Source: the human T2T-CHM13v2.0 reference genome, Homo sapiens
Direction: 5' to 3' (one strand)
NCBI RefSeq assembly: GCF_009914755.1
Contig: NC_060925.1
DNA length: 64,000 nt
Every line of letters starts with the position of its first letter. Position 1 is the stretch's first letter. Made by a program: the position numbers and the translations under genes. Positions 1 through 15,466 of the stretch are shown one piece after another. The notes below the pieces were generated by a model that had not been told where the DNA came from, searched no databases, and saw only the letters and a list, made by a program, of their open reading frames with translations.

Positions 1-764
1 AGTGAATTTACATTCCTGTTCTTCCCATATCAAAAGCAAAACATTTTTTGATCATCTTTAACAGTTAGTAACATGTTTAAGTAAGTTGATTTTTAGTAAA
101 GTACCCTATGAAATCCCTCCCCTTCAAGAATGTGTTAGCTATTTTGAGGTCTTTTCTACATATATAAATATTACAATAAACTTGAAAAGTGTCTCACAAA
201 ATACTTTGGATTTTTGTTTGGAAATGCTTTCATCTTGTACTATATTTGAATAGAATTGATATATTTTTAGTATTTCCTCTTCACATTTGTGAATATTTAG
301 GTTTCCATAAACGTCTTTCAAAAATGTTTCTAATTATGTGCAGTAGGTCTGGCAAATATGTTAGGCTTATTCCTGCATACCTTAAATTTTATTATTTATT
401 ATAAATAATATTTTAAGATGTATTTAAATTTCTAACTGCATATATTGATACATATATTTGGAGTTGAATATGTAATACTGACTTTAAATCTGTATCACCT
501 GTGAATCAGTTTGTTTCTCTGCAATCCTTATGCACCTTTAATTTTTTTTTGTCGTACTCTACTGGCTACTATCTATTGTACAATGTTGAATAAAAGCAGT
601 GGCACCCTATACTGTTGACTCGTTTATTTTAAAGAATCACATATATTTTTCTTTTTCTCAAATAACTCTGAGCCATGAAAATTTAGGGTAGAATTTGTAG
701 CTTCAAGCCACATGACAAAAGACAGTTACCAAGGAAAATAATTCTATACTGTTAATTATATGCC

Positions 765-960
765 AAGAAGTGTAAAAGTGCCTTTTACATATATTTTCAT
801 TAATCTTTATTAAAATATAAGGTAGAAATATTTATTAGGTTCATTTTATAGAATGGTAAAGAGAATATTGTCTAAATTATATAGCTAGTAAGTAGTTGAG
901 CAGGGCTTAATAATTGGGTAGTTTGTCTTTCGAATTCATATTTTTAACTTCATTATGTTG
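765..960 (-). mobile_element. MIR SINE relic
   Basis: Degenerate match to the reverse MIR core (tcattttatagaat...tagctagtaagtagttgagcaggg); boundaries approximate. Confidence 0.55.
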
Positions 961-979
961 CACTAGAAATTTATCAGGA

Positions 980-1313
<334 letters not shown>

Positions 1314-1374
1314 TTATCTGTGAAAATCCAAATTATATTTTCCCTGATTTTATTTTTCGGACATCTAGCTATGA

Positions 1375-1512
1375 CTTCTCTTTCTCTCTTTTTTTTTTTC
1401 CTTCCTTCCTTCCTTCCTTCCTTCCTTCCTTCATTTGTCGCTCCCTCTCTCCCTCTCTCTCTTTTTCTCTTTCTCTCTTTTTCTCTCTTTCTCTCTTTCT
1501 TTCTCTTTCTTC
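1375..1512 (+). repeat. Polypyrimidine low-complexity tract, (CCTT)n/(TC)n
   Basis: Directly visible T/C-rich run. Confidence 0.95.
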
Positions 1513-2419
1513 TTATTTTAATAAAGTGAAACAGCACAGTATTTTCAGAAGAAAATTAGCACATATATAAATGCACATATTTCACTTGTACAAATTTCAT
1601 ATATATCAAGGCATTTGCTTAAGATTTTAAAGAACCAGATGTTTTATGACCTGTAAATAGTGAGTTTTGCCTCTAAAGCTATTTTTTAATGTGTTTGGTT
1701 CCAACTTGGCCTCTAATATATCTACATGTGCTTTTTGGAAAAAAAATCAATCTACTAGCACTAAATTTTTCAAACTTCAATCTGATAAGCACAAATTCAA
1801 TCATCAAATGTTCTCTGGGAGCTCTTACCCAAGATTCATAGTTGCACATGGTTGCACACTGTGATAGAAGAATGCACCACTGGCTAGAACTGGCTCAAAT
1901 TGATATTTAATCATTCTTTTTATGCTCTGAGTGGCATACAATTTTACAAATAAATAAATAAAACACCAAGTTGGAAGCAAATTCTAAAATGTTCAAGATT
2001 CATATACTTAGCACAAAAGTGTTCATAATAAAAAACACATTATCAACAACTTCTCAAGGACTTACCTTTAGGTAGAGATTGGTTCTCACTACTAAACACG
2101 TAATATGATATCTGCACCTGCAGAATGCATCAGCATTATCTTAAAGTGAAATTGGAGTAAAGGTGAGGAAATATAGCATAATTTTTAAATTGCTATGTAT
2201 GTAATACATTCTGGACCACACCTTTATGGTGGAGGGAAGAGAGAGGATGATATAAAGGAGATGATTACTCCTGGAATTTATATTTGATTATTACAGTTAT
2301 GTTTTTCCTTGAGCAAGTTCTGAGAGCACTGATGAACAATGAAAATCTTTAATGGAGTATCTTTTAAAAAGGATAAAAACTTGGATAATTTTGAGATACA
2401 GTGCAAAGACTGAAACCAG

Positions 2420-2685
2420 TTTCACAAATACTCAGTTCAAATCTCAGCAATCCCACTTAATATATTGTCTGCATGATTTCAGAAAATGTTCTAAACACTC
2501 TGAGACTCAGGCTTCTTATTTATAAAGTGGAGAAAATTCTATTTGCCTTCAGAATATTCTGAATATGGTTTATAATATTGCAAATACCTCAAATATCTGC
2601 AAGGTTGTATGGCTATTAGCCGTAGATTTTAATACTCTGGAGCAACAGCACATTAAGTAGCAATAGTAGACATTCAAAATCACAT
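2420..2685 (+). mobile_element. MIR relic
   Basis: agttcaaatctcagc...ctctgagactcaggcttcttatttataaagtggag resembles the MIR core. Confidence 0.5.
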
Positions 2686-2814
2686 TATTATTTTAGAGTG
2701 AATAAAGCAATGTAGTAGTAAGAATTAAAAGATGTCATTTATATGAAATTATTGTATAAATTTCTAAATAATAATAGAAATGTTTGCAATCGATATGTTT
2801 GTTATAGGGAGATA

Positions 2815-3050
2815 GTTTGGAAGAGTGGATTAAAACCATACATTCTCAAATTTGGCTCCTAAGACATAACTAGTGTTCAGTAACTGCATGACTGAGCAAG
2901 TTATTCTAATTCTCTATGCCTCCATTTACTCCATTTAATCATCTGTGTAGCAGGGAAAAAATAGTGTCTACATCACAGGGTTGTTGTAAATATTAAATAC
3001 TTATAATGGCTCCTGGTACAAAGCAAGTATGGTATAAAGTTTTACTAACT
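2815..3050 (+). mobile_element. MIR relic
   Basis: tgactgagcaagttatt...ctctatgcctccattt...cacagggttgttgtaaatattaaat resembles the MIR core and 3' end. Confidence 0.65.
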
Positions 3051-3179
3051 TTGGTTGAAGACTCACATTTGCAAAGGATTTATTAAATTCAAGAGAACTT
3101 GTATATAATTTACTTTACTTACCCTTTTAAGTAAAAGTACATTCTTTGGGGATAATACTCAAACAATACATAATATATG

Positions 3180-3186
<7 letters not shown>

Positions 3187-3226
<40 letters not shown>
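3187..3226 (+). repeat. (TG)20 microsatellite preceded by (TA)n
   Basis: Directly visible. Confidence 0.98.
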
Positions 3227-3228
<2 letters not shown>

Positions 3229-3237
3229 TGTATTTGA

Positions 3238-5530
3238 CTTTATTTTTAATGGATATATCATAGTTGTACATATTTGGGTGTTACACGTACTATTTTGATA
3301 TGTGTATACAATGTATAATGATGAAATAAGGGTAATTAGGATATGCATCACCTCAAACATTTATCTTTTCTTTGTGTTGGGAACATTACAATTCTTCTAG
3401 CTGCTTTTAAATATACAATAAATTTTTACTAACTTTAATTTTCCTACTGTAGTGTTGAATACTAGAACATATTTATGCCATCTAAGCATATTTTTGTACC
3501 CAGTAACCAACTTCTCTTTATCCTCCCTTCCTCTCACAGCCTCTGGTAGCCACCATTCTACTCTCTGCCTCCATGATATCTACTTTTTTTAGCTCCCACA
3601 TATGAGTGACAGCATGAGATATTTGTCTTTCTGAGCTTATCTTATTTCACTTAACATGATGTCCTCCAGTTCCATCAATGTTGCTGCAAAGGACAGAATT
3701 TTATTATTTTTTATAGCTGAATAAAATTAAATTTTGTATATATACTGTGTGTTCTTTATCCATTCATTTATTGATGGACACTTAGTTCAATTCCATATTT
3801 TGACTATTGTGAATAGTGCTGCAATACACATGGGAGAGCAACTGTCTATAATATATTGATTTCCTTTCTTTTGGATATATACCCAGGAATGGGATTTCTG
3901 GATCATATGGTAGTTCTATTTTTAGTCTTTTGAGAAACCTCTATACTGTTTTCCATAGTATCTCTTTTACTTACATTCCCACCAAGAGTGTAAGAGCATT
4001 GCTATTTCTTCTTCACATCCTTGCCAGCATTTGTCATTTAAAAAAAATCTTTTTGACAATAGCCATTCTAACTGAGATAAGATGATATCACATTGTGGTT
4101 TAGATTTGCATTTCCCTGATGATAAATAATGTTGAGCATTTTTCCATTTACTTGTTGGCTATTCGTATGCATTCATTTGAGAAATGTCTGTTTATGTCCC
4201 TTGCCTGTTTTTTAACTGGGTTATTTGGTTGTTATGCTATTGAGTTGCCTGAGTTCCTTTTATATTCTGTTTATTAATCTCTTTTCAAATAGGTAGTTTC
4301 TAATATTTTCTCCTATCCTCTAGGTTGTCTCTTCACTTTGCTAATTGTTTCATTTTTGTTCAGAAGCTTTTCAACTTGATGAAACCCTGTTTGTCTATTT
4401 TTGCTTTTTTCGTTTGTGCTTTTGAGAACTTACCCCAAAAATCTTTGCCCAGATCAATGTCCTGTAGTGTTTTCTCAATGTTTACTTCTAGTAGTTTTCT
4501 AGGATTATGCCTTTTTTTTTTTTTTTTTTTTTTTTGAGACGGAGTCTCGGTCTGTCGCCCAGGCTGGAGTGCAGTGGCGCCATCTCGGCTCACTGCAAGC
4601 TTTGCCTCCCGGGTTCACGCATTCTCCTGCCTCAGCCTCCCTAGTAGCTGGGACTACAGGCGCCCACCACCACGCCCAGCTAATTTTTTTTGTATTTTTA
4701 GTAGAGACGGGGTTTCACCGTGTTAGCCAGGATGGTCTTAATCGCCTGACCTCATGATCCGCCTACCTCGGCCTCCCAAAGTGCTGGGATTACAGGCGTG
4801 AGCCACCGCACCCGGCCTAGGATTATGTCTTACATTAAAATCTTTAATTGATTTTAGTTGATTTTTAATACAGTGAAAAATATGGATCTAGTTTCATTCT
4901 TTTCCATAGGAGTATCCAGTTGTCCTATCACCATTTATTAAAGATGCTGTCCTTTCTCCAAGGTATGTTGTTGGCACCTTTGTCAAAAATGAGTTTACTG
5001 TAAGAGCATAGATATATTTCTGGGTTCTCTATTCTATTTCATTAGTTTATTTTTTTTTCTTATTCCAGTACCATGTGATTTTAACTACTACAGCTTTGTA
5101 GTGTAATTTCAAATCAGATGGTGTGATACCTCCAGCTTTGTTCTTTTTGCTCAGGATTACTTTAGCTGTGTGAGATCTTATGTGGTTCTTTAAACAAATC
5201 TGGAGGTAGCTTTGGGGAGTATAAACATTTTAAAAGTATTAATTCTTTAAATCGTTGAACATAGGATATTTTTCCATTTTGTGTGTGTCCTCTTAAATTA
5301 TTTTCATCAGTGTTTTCTAGTTTTTTCTTATAAATATATTTTACTTCTTTAGCCATACTTATTTCTAAGTATTTTTGTAACTATTGTAATTGGGATTTCT
5401 TTCTTGATTCTTTTTCATATAGATTGCTGTTAGTATATAGGACTGGTACTTATTTTTGTTTGTTGATTTTGTATCCTGTAACTTTACTAAATTTATCAGT
5501 TTTAATAATTTTTTGTGTATTAGTTTTTTA
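3238..5530 (-). mobile_element. L1MA-type LINE 3' portion, interrupted by an Alu
   Basis: L1MA-like 3' end (catcacctcaaacatttatcttttctttgtgttgggaacatt) followed by reverse ORF2 C-terminal sequence (e.g. TLQDIDLGKDF...AKIDK in the 4360..4593 ORF). Confidence 0.9.
4512..4817 (-). mobile_element. AluY nested in L1MA
   Basis: Poly-T followed by reverse Alu; TSD taggattatgcctt (4500-4513) / taggattatgtctt (4818-4831). Confidence 0.97.
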
Positions 5531-5626
5531 TATATGGTATATTTTTAAGTTAATAAGGTGTGATTACTTCAAATTTTGTATCTCTCTGAATTTTTCAATC
5601 GTAAAAGAAACGTTTGTTTATTATAA

Positions 5627-7440
<1,814 letters not shown>

Positions 7441-9044
7441 TAAAATGATAAGGTATTACAAACATAAGAAGAAAAGGCCAAAGAAAGCACTATAGTGCCA
7501 ACATTTTAAGGAAATCAATAAATTGGAGATAATAATCACATTCTTTTTCAGTGTGTGTTATTTACAATTGCTTATTTTTTAATTATTAACTAATGACATA
7601 ATTCAAAGTTTGATATAAATTGTTTGCAAATTGCTAGAGTCACTGTTGTAGGGAATTTTTAAGGTAATTTGATTAAACTACTATAAAAAAAATTAATCTT
7701 TCTACAATTTCCTGACAAACTTCCTACAAGGAAATCTTATTATTATATGTTAATCACTATTGTTACTGGAATGTTATTTCATATATTTATCCAATTTCAT
7801 CAACATTTCATTTTCTTGGTGTTCTTACCTCTGCTTTTTGTAGTAATTCAAACTGCCCACTGTGTATTTTGTTTCATGGGTTCCTAATTTGGCAGGCAAC
7901 AGGCACTTATGAGCCTGAATAGAAAAGGAGGAATACACGCCTCTGGACAAATGGTGGGACATCTTAGACACAGTAACAAGGTACGTCAGGAGGTGCTCCT
8001 TTGGCTAGGCTGGCAATTTGCTGAATTTGGCTGAAATGAGAGGAGTCCTTTCCTTGGGGACTACAATGGCAGGTAAATGAACCTACAAGGCATAGATGAC
8101 AGACAAGGGTTGGCTTCTTAAGTGCAGCTGGAGTGGCACACATTTGTAAGCAGATAGCATGCCGATGCTGCTGTCTTACTTGGATCTACTACTGGAGATG
8201 GTGTCATTCTAGTTGATTTCTGGGGAGTATATTGAGACCCAAAGCCTTGGACTGAGCTGAGAAATGCATTATTTAAAAGATGAAATTAAGGAAGTTTATA
8301 TTCCTCCTTTTCTCAATACTTCAAAGGAAGTGGCTATCCTACTGAAGGAATGCTACAAACCAAGAGATGTGTGCTGGGCCCTGCTCACAGAAGCTTTTCA
8401 CCAGGATGCCAACCAGACAGAAGAAAAGAACCCAAACTCCTAGAGAAGATGAAGTGGAGGGGAGGACCCTGGAGAAGAGGACTGTTGCCCTCTAGAGAAA
8501 AGAGCAACATGGTGTCACCACAATTGGGACTGGGAAAATTTACCCTCTTTTTGCCTGTCGTCCACCACAAGGCAATAAGAACAAAACAGACAAAATGATT
8601 AAGAAGGAGAAACCAACTCTCCCTTGGAGGAGAAAACATGCATCTTCTCTCTCACCCTGAGGCCCAGTCTGTCCTTAAGGATCTAGCCCAAGAACAAAAT
8701 GAGAAAGGATCTGGGTACTTGTTAACACATCTTGCTGCATGTGAGTAAAACAACAATCACCAAGTTTTATAGGTAGCTAATGACATGCACCAGAACTATC
8801 ATATCAGTCTGCTGACTAAACAGATGGAACAAATCAAAAAGTCATTTCTGTTTCTAATCTATTCTACCTCCATTAGGTGAATAGACTGGCTGTGAATACT
8901 TTCGAAATCCTAGTTTGTGCCCCATCTTGTATGGAATTCTGGGTTATGAAAATGCTTTGTCACTGGCTCCATCTAAGCCCTACAAAACAAAATACAATTT
9001 AGATTATAAAACAACATAGAACCAGGGATGGATTGTTATATAAA

Positions 9045-9559
9045 TGTGGCAAAATAATGGCCTCTGAACATTGGCCACTAGGTTGTTTATTTCTTCGCTG
9101 CAGGCTGCAACCCATTAGCTCAAGAGCCTGCCAGTGCCAAACACAAATATTTACACATCCAGTTATTTTTAAAACAGCCCAAACAAGCTAATTTTTAGCT
9201 ATTTAGAGCCTTCTTATTTTGAATACTTTGTAAAACGTCATGCCACATCTGCCAGCAATAGATAAGCCCTATGCCATAAAGACCCCCAAACCACTGCTGC
9301 CCTCTGGATGTGGCTGAGTCACATCATCTGGATACATAAGTCCCATCTTTGATACCCCTTCCCCCTAGGAAAATTCCCAGCCCTCCTCCCTTTCTGTAGC
9401 AACCCCACTTAAGCCTCTGGATAGACTTATGTTCTGTCATAAGAGATCCCCCCTCCCATCCCACATAAAATACAAACCTGTCAAAGAGTGATGAAATAAA
9501 CTGCCATGTCATGGTCATATCTTTTCCTTGATCAAGCCCCAAATTTCTCAAACCTCTCA
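9045..9559 (+). mobile_element. Probable solo LTR, family not recognised
   Basis: ~515 bp bounded by TG...CA, AATAAA near 9496, imperfect 4-bp flanks taaa/tgaa, composition differs from flanks. Confidence 0.55.
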
Positions 9560-9564
9560 TGAAT

Positions 9565-10320
9565 ATGCCATGCACATACTAATTTAAAGAAAGCTAGAGT
9601 GCCCCTATTAATATAAGATGATGTAGACTTCAGAACATGGAATTTTATTAATAATATAGAGGGACATTACATTATAAAAAAAAGTAGTTTTCCAAGAATA
9701 ACTTAAAAATCCTAAAAACATATGTACTTAAATGCTGAGCTTCAAAAATACATGAAGCAAATCTAATAGAATACAAAGGAAAAAGGAAATCTCCATAATC
9801 AAGTTGAGACTTCAACCTTCATCTTTCAGTAATTGATCAAATGAATAGACAGAAAATTGCTAAGATATGAAAAGTCTGTCTACCTATCTAACTACCAGAC
9901 CTGAAAAACCTATCTATAAACTTGACTCTAATTCCTACATCACTCCACTTAACAACAGAATAAGATTTCTTATCAAGTATACATGAAATATGCACCAAAA
10001 TTGACCATATTCTGGGCCACAAAACAAATCTTAAACAATTTAAAGGAATAGATATCATACAAAGGGCATCCCCAGATAACTATAGATTAAACCAAAATCA
10101 ATGACATAAAGGCATCTGTCATATCCCCTTAGACATTTAGCAATTAATCAACAAAACCCTATGTAGTGCCTACACCTAAGAAAAAGTCTCAAAGGATACT
10201 GCTTTTGTGATTATACTAAATGAAAAACAAACATATCAAGGTTTATGGGATGCAACTAAAGTGGAGTTCAGAAAGAAAATTATAACAGTAAGTGCTTATA
10301 TTAGAATACCATAATGGTCT
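9565..10320 (+). mobile_element. Old L1M fragment (ORF2 endonuclease region)
   Basis: aaagctagagtg...gtagacttcagaac...gagggacattac...gcttcaaaaatacatgaagcaaa...gagacttcaac matches the old L1 ORF2 5' region; no intact frame. Confidence 0.8.
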
Positions 10321-10409
10321 TTAAATTGTTCATGCACCTGCCTACATTTAATTATCAACACAGGACTCATGATTTTCTAAATAGGATTAGATTGTATTAT
10401 ATCTCTGCC

Positions 10410-10720
10410 TTTCTGTCTTATGCAGAATAAAATCCTAAAAGTTTATCACAGCCTTCAAGGCTCAATATGATATGGCCACACGGTACTTTTCTGACCTCAC
10501 TTTCTCCCACCTGTGTCTACTGTTCCAGTAATGTTAGCCTCCTTGTGCTTTCTCAAAAATACTCCTGCCTCCACTTCTTTGCAATAATTTCTCCCTCTGA
10601 CAGTTAACACTCTGCTTTTTATAGACACATAAGTGAGTCTCTCCCTTCATTAAGTTCTCTCAGCCTCTCTTTATTAGAGAGGCTTCTTTAACCACCCTGT
10701 ATAAAATACCACTCCCTCTA
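10410..10720 (+). mobile_element. L2 fragment
   Basis: cagaataaaatcc...gccttcaaggctc...gagaggcttctttaaccaccctgtataaaat resembles the L2 3' region. Confidence 0.7.
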
Positions 10721-10749
10721 CCTTGGGTAACTGCAATGATACATCAGAC

Positions 10750-11075
10750 ATACTTGATATGTAAGTGCCTCAAACACAGCAGACATTTATATTTTGTTCA
10801 CTCTATGATGACCATGCCAGTTTAACACTCCTCCACATCTTTGCTCAGAGTATTAGGCTGAGTGGAACCATGACACCATTTTCAATATGTGGTTTCCAAG
10901 CTTACTGGGGTCCTCTCCATCCTTGCTAGTGAAAAGATAAAAAGAGGATGAAAACAACAAGAGTATGGTAGGCTTTAGTTTTGTTCACTTTTTTAAGGGC
11001 TAGATTAGAAGATTGCATACATAACTTCTGCTCACTCTTTAGTGAATGAAACCGAGTCACATGATTATATTTTAC
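10750..11075 (-). mobile_element. Ancient MLT1-type (MaLR) LTR relic
   Basis: cataacttctgctcactct...gagtcacatg motif; resembles the element at 59290-59680. Confidence 0.45.
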
Positions 11076-12311
11076 TTCATAAGAGGTTGATTTTGAGAGC
11101 CTCAAATCTATGTTCTCAAGCAAAAGATTATAATGTAATTTTGGAGAGAATTTAAGTCTTTGAGCTCCCATTAAATTGTGCCTTAAATTTTTTAGTCTGG
11201 AGCTTACTAGATCCTTCTGTTAGTAAGTGCATTTTTTTCTTTCTTGTTTCTCTAGCCTGAATAGAGTGCAAGCATCATGAGAACAGGTACTCTGGGTATT
11301 TTTCTCTTCGGTTGAACAAATAGTCGTAAATGCCTGTAGTTTTACATTTAGATACCGAAATAGACTTATAAATGGAACTTTCACAATAAAATTATGAATA
11401 TATTGAATGGAAGTGAAGATAATTTGTAACATTAAAGATTTATTAAAATTGTCTTGAAAACATAAGGTAGATAAAGAAATTATTTTTAATTCTGGGCAAT
11501 TTACCCCCCCCACACACACACATATATATGCATATAATTTTTACTGATTATTACTAAGCATTTAAAAAAGAGTCATAGTTCTTTATCCAACATGAGGATT
11601 CTACACATACTTCCTGCTATTTACTCTGAAATACCCACAACCATTAGAAATAATTCTGAAGTATTTAAACCATAATTAAAGTCATTACAATGCCTTCTGT
11701 AGTAAAATTTGGCTTTTGAAAAGTGAAAATCGTTCTGCAAAACTCTCCATATTGCAGTAGAAAAACTAAGTATCACTTACATTTGACAGCAACTAAATGT
11801 AACACGGGCATGCAAAAAAAATGGAGAAATATAAATTATAAGAAGTCAATTGCATAGAGAATTTTTAAAAATATATTTGGTATTATTTGTATCATAGGGA
11901 ATATGGTAGTTGCCTTCACAAGTCTAACCAGATAGAAAAAGAAAATTCCAAGTTTCAGAAAGCCCAGCCATTGGCAGGTACCCAAAATATGTAACATCAA
12001 GAGGTTGGTATGGAATGGACACTATGAATAAAGGACAGTAGGGCCCCAAACTGAGAAACTTCAGTAATGTCTAGCTGCTGTCTTTCCTAGTGGCATTAAA
12101 AATAAATATATTTCTTGTTGGAAAGTGTCCTGATTGTGTAGGAAAGTAATGATTACATATTTATTTTACTGCTGTTATCACTAAAATCATATCCTCTCTT
12201 ATATAATATATTTATCTGATTTAGGAAATAGGCTCCAAAGAAAATTGAGGTCTCCTTACAGGCAAAGAGAACATAGAGTTGAAATAGAATTGCATTTAAG
12301 ATGTGCATATT

Positions 12312-12633
<322 letters not shown>

Positions 12634-12933
12634 TCAAAAGAAGGAACTTACAGGAACATATACAATTATCAAACTTTTGTGTATGTTCAAAATTATTAAA
12701 TTTTAAATTATTAAACATATACAATTATTAAACTTTAAATTTTAAAGTTTAAATTTTATATTTATATTTTATTTCATAACATCCTAACAACAAAACATTT
12801 TTCCTCAAATTTATGTCATGTATTTAGACTTAAAATGGATCTGTATTCATATCACCTGTTGTTTATGATTACAGACTTAGTCTTCCTGTTCCAGTTGATT
12901 ACACACTGAAATCTACTGTTTCAGGCACTTTTT

Positions 12934-14913
12934 AAAATATATCTATTTAATTTCTGGGATACATGCACAGAATGTGCAGGTTTGTTACATAAGTATACAC
13001 ATGCCATGGTGGTTTGCTGCACCCATCATCCCGTCATCTACATTAGGCATTTCTCCTAATGCTATCCCTCCCCTAGATCCCCTCCACCCCCTGACAGACC
13101 CCAGTGTGTGATGTTCCCCTTCCTGTGTCCATGTGTTGTCATTGTTCAACACCCACTTATGAGTGAGAACATGCAGTGTTTGGTTTTCTGTTCTTATGAT
13201 AGTTTGCTAAGAATAATGGTTTCCGGCTTCATCCATGTCCCTGCAAAGGACATGAACTCAGCCTTTTTTATGGCTGCATAAGTATTCCACGATATATATG
13301 TGCCACATTTTCTCTATCCAGCTTATCATTGGTGGACATTTGGATTGGTTCCAAGTCTGTTATTGTGAACAGTGCGGCAAAAAAAACATATGTGTGCATG
13401 TGTCTTTATAGTAGAATGATTTATAATCCTTTGTGTATATACCCAGTAATGGGATTGCTGTGTCAAATGGTATTTCTGGTTTAGATCCTTGAGGACTTGC
13501 CACGCTGTCTTCCACAATGGTTGAACTAATTTATACTCCAACCAACAGTGTAAAAGCATTTCTATTTCTCTGCATCTGTTGTTTCCTGACTTTTTAATGA
13601 TCACCATTCTAACTGGCATGAGATGGTATCTCATTGTGGTTTTGATCTGCATTTCTCTAATGACCAGTGATGATGAGCATTTTTTCGTATGTTTGTTGAC
13701 TGCATAAATGTCTTCTTTTGAGAAGTGTCTGTTCACATCCTTTGCCCACTTCTTGATGGGGTGGTTTGTTTTTCTCTTGTAAATTTGTTTAAGTTATTTG
13801 TAGATTCTGGATATTAGCCCTTTGTCAAATGGATAGACGGCAAAATTTTTCTCCCATTCTGTAGGTTGCCTGTTCACTCTGATGATAGTTTCTTTTGCCG
13901 TGCAGAAGCTCTTTAGTTTAATTAGATCCCATTTGTCAATTTTGGCTTTTGTTGCCATTGCTTTTGGTGTTTTAGTCATGAAGTCTTTGCCTTTACCTAC
14001 ATCCTGAATGGTATTGCCTAGGTTTTCTTCTAGAGATTTTATGGTTTTAGGTCTTACATTTAAGTTTTTAATCCATCTTGAGTTAATTTTTGTATAAGGT
14101 GTAAGGAAGGGGTATAGTTTCAGTTTTCTGTATAAGGCTAGCCACTTTTCCCAACACCGTTTATTAAATAGGGAGTCCTTTCCTCATTGCTTGCTTTTGT
14201 CAGGTATGTCAAAGATCAGATGGTTGTAGATGTGTGGTGTTATTTATGAGGCCTCCGTTCTGTTCCATTGGCCTGTATATCCATTTTGATACTAGTACCA
14301 AGTGGTTTTGGTTACTGTAGCCTTGTAGTATAGTTTGAAGTCAGGTAGCATGATGCCTCCAGCTTTGTTCTTTTTGTTTAGGATTCTCTTGGCTATGTGG
14401 GCTCTTTTTTGGTTCCATATGAAATTTAAAGTAGTTTTGTCTAATTCTGTGAAGAAACTCAATGGCAGCTTGATGAGCATAGCATTGAATCTATAAATTA
14501 CTTTGGGCAGTATGGCCATTTTTATGATATTGATTCTTCCTATCCATGAGCATGGAATGTTTTTCCATTTATTTGTGTCCTCTCTTATTTCCTTGAGCAG
14601 TGGTTTGTAGTTCTCCTTGAAGAGGTCCTTCACAACCCTTGCAAGTTGTATTCCTAGGTATTTTATTCCCTTTGTAGAAATTATGAATGGGAGTTCACTT
14701 ATGATTTGGCTCTCTATTATTGGTGTATATGAATGCTTGTGATTTTTGCACATTGATTTTGTGTCCTGAGACTTTGCTGAAGTCGCCTATCAGCTTAAGA
14801 ATTTTTTGGGCTGAGAAGATGGGGTTTTCTAAATATACAATCATGTCATCTGCAAACAGAGACAATTTGACTTCCTCTCTTCCTATTTGAATGCCTTTTA
14901 TATCTTCCTCTTG
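12934..14913 (-). mobile_element. 5'-truncated L1PA7-like LINE (~2 kb)
   Basis: Reverse L1 3'UTR and ORF2 remnants including [14 protein letters not shown] (RT motif); perfect 17-bp TSD tgtttcaggcacttttt at 12917-12933 and 14914-14930. Confidence 0.96.
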
Positions 14914-14931
14914 TGTTTCAGGCACTTTTTT

Positions 14932-15466
14932 TGCATTAGTTACCTAAGGGGTTCTGTAACAAATTTCCACAAATGTGGTGGCTTAAAACTACACACATTC
15001 GTTCTCTTATACTCTAGAGATAAGAAACCTGAAATCAGTTGCATTGAGCTAAAATCAAAGTGTCAGCAGGGCCGCACTCTCTCCAGAGGCTCTCGGGAAG
15101 TGTGCTTCCTTCTCATTTTCAGATTCTGAAGTTGCATCACTTGCATTCCTTGGCTCATGACTTCTCGCACCTAGCCAGCAGAGTCTCACCTCTCTCTGAC
15201 TCTGCTCCCCTCTGCCTCATCTGCTTCTCTCTACTTCAGCCATGTGACCATCTTATCTGTTTCAAATCTGTCTTTGCCTTTGTCTTATAAGGACATCTGT
15301 GACTGCATTCAATGTCTACCTGAATGATACAGAAAAATCTACCCATCTCAAGATCCTTAGCTTAATCATATCTGGTTAAGTCTCTCTTTGCCATTTAAGG
15401 TAACATTCACAGGTTCCAGAGACTAGGACCTGGAGACCTTTGAGCGTTATTATTTAGCCTCCCACA
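14932..15466 (-). mobile_element. MLT1D/E-like MaLR solo LTR
   Basis: tgcattagtt...gtaacaaatttccacaaatgtggtggcttaaaac...catctcaagatcctta...gcctcccaca termini. Confidence 0.85.

Noticed and set aside
1-640. Possible very old L1M fragment on the minus strand
   Set aside because: Only one short motif (caatgttgaataaaagcagtgg) is suggestive, too weak to delimit without alignment
12728-12752. 12-bp-arm palindrome ttaaactttaaa-t-tttaaagtttaa
   Set aside because: Almost entirely A/T in a low-complexity context, so plausible by chance or slippage
13326-14925. Minus-strand ORFs with the RT motif FADD
   Set aside because: Broken L1PA7 ORF2 bounded by a TSD, with multiple stops and frameshifts
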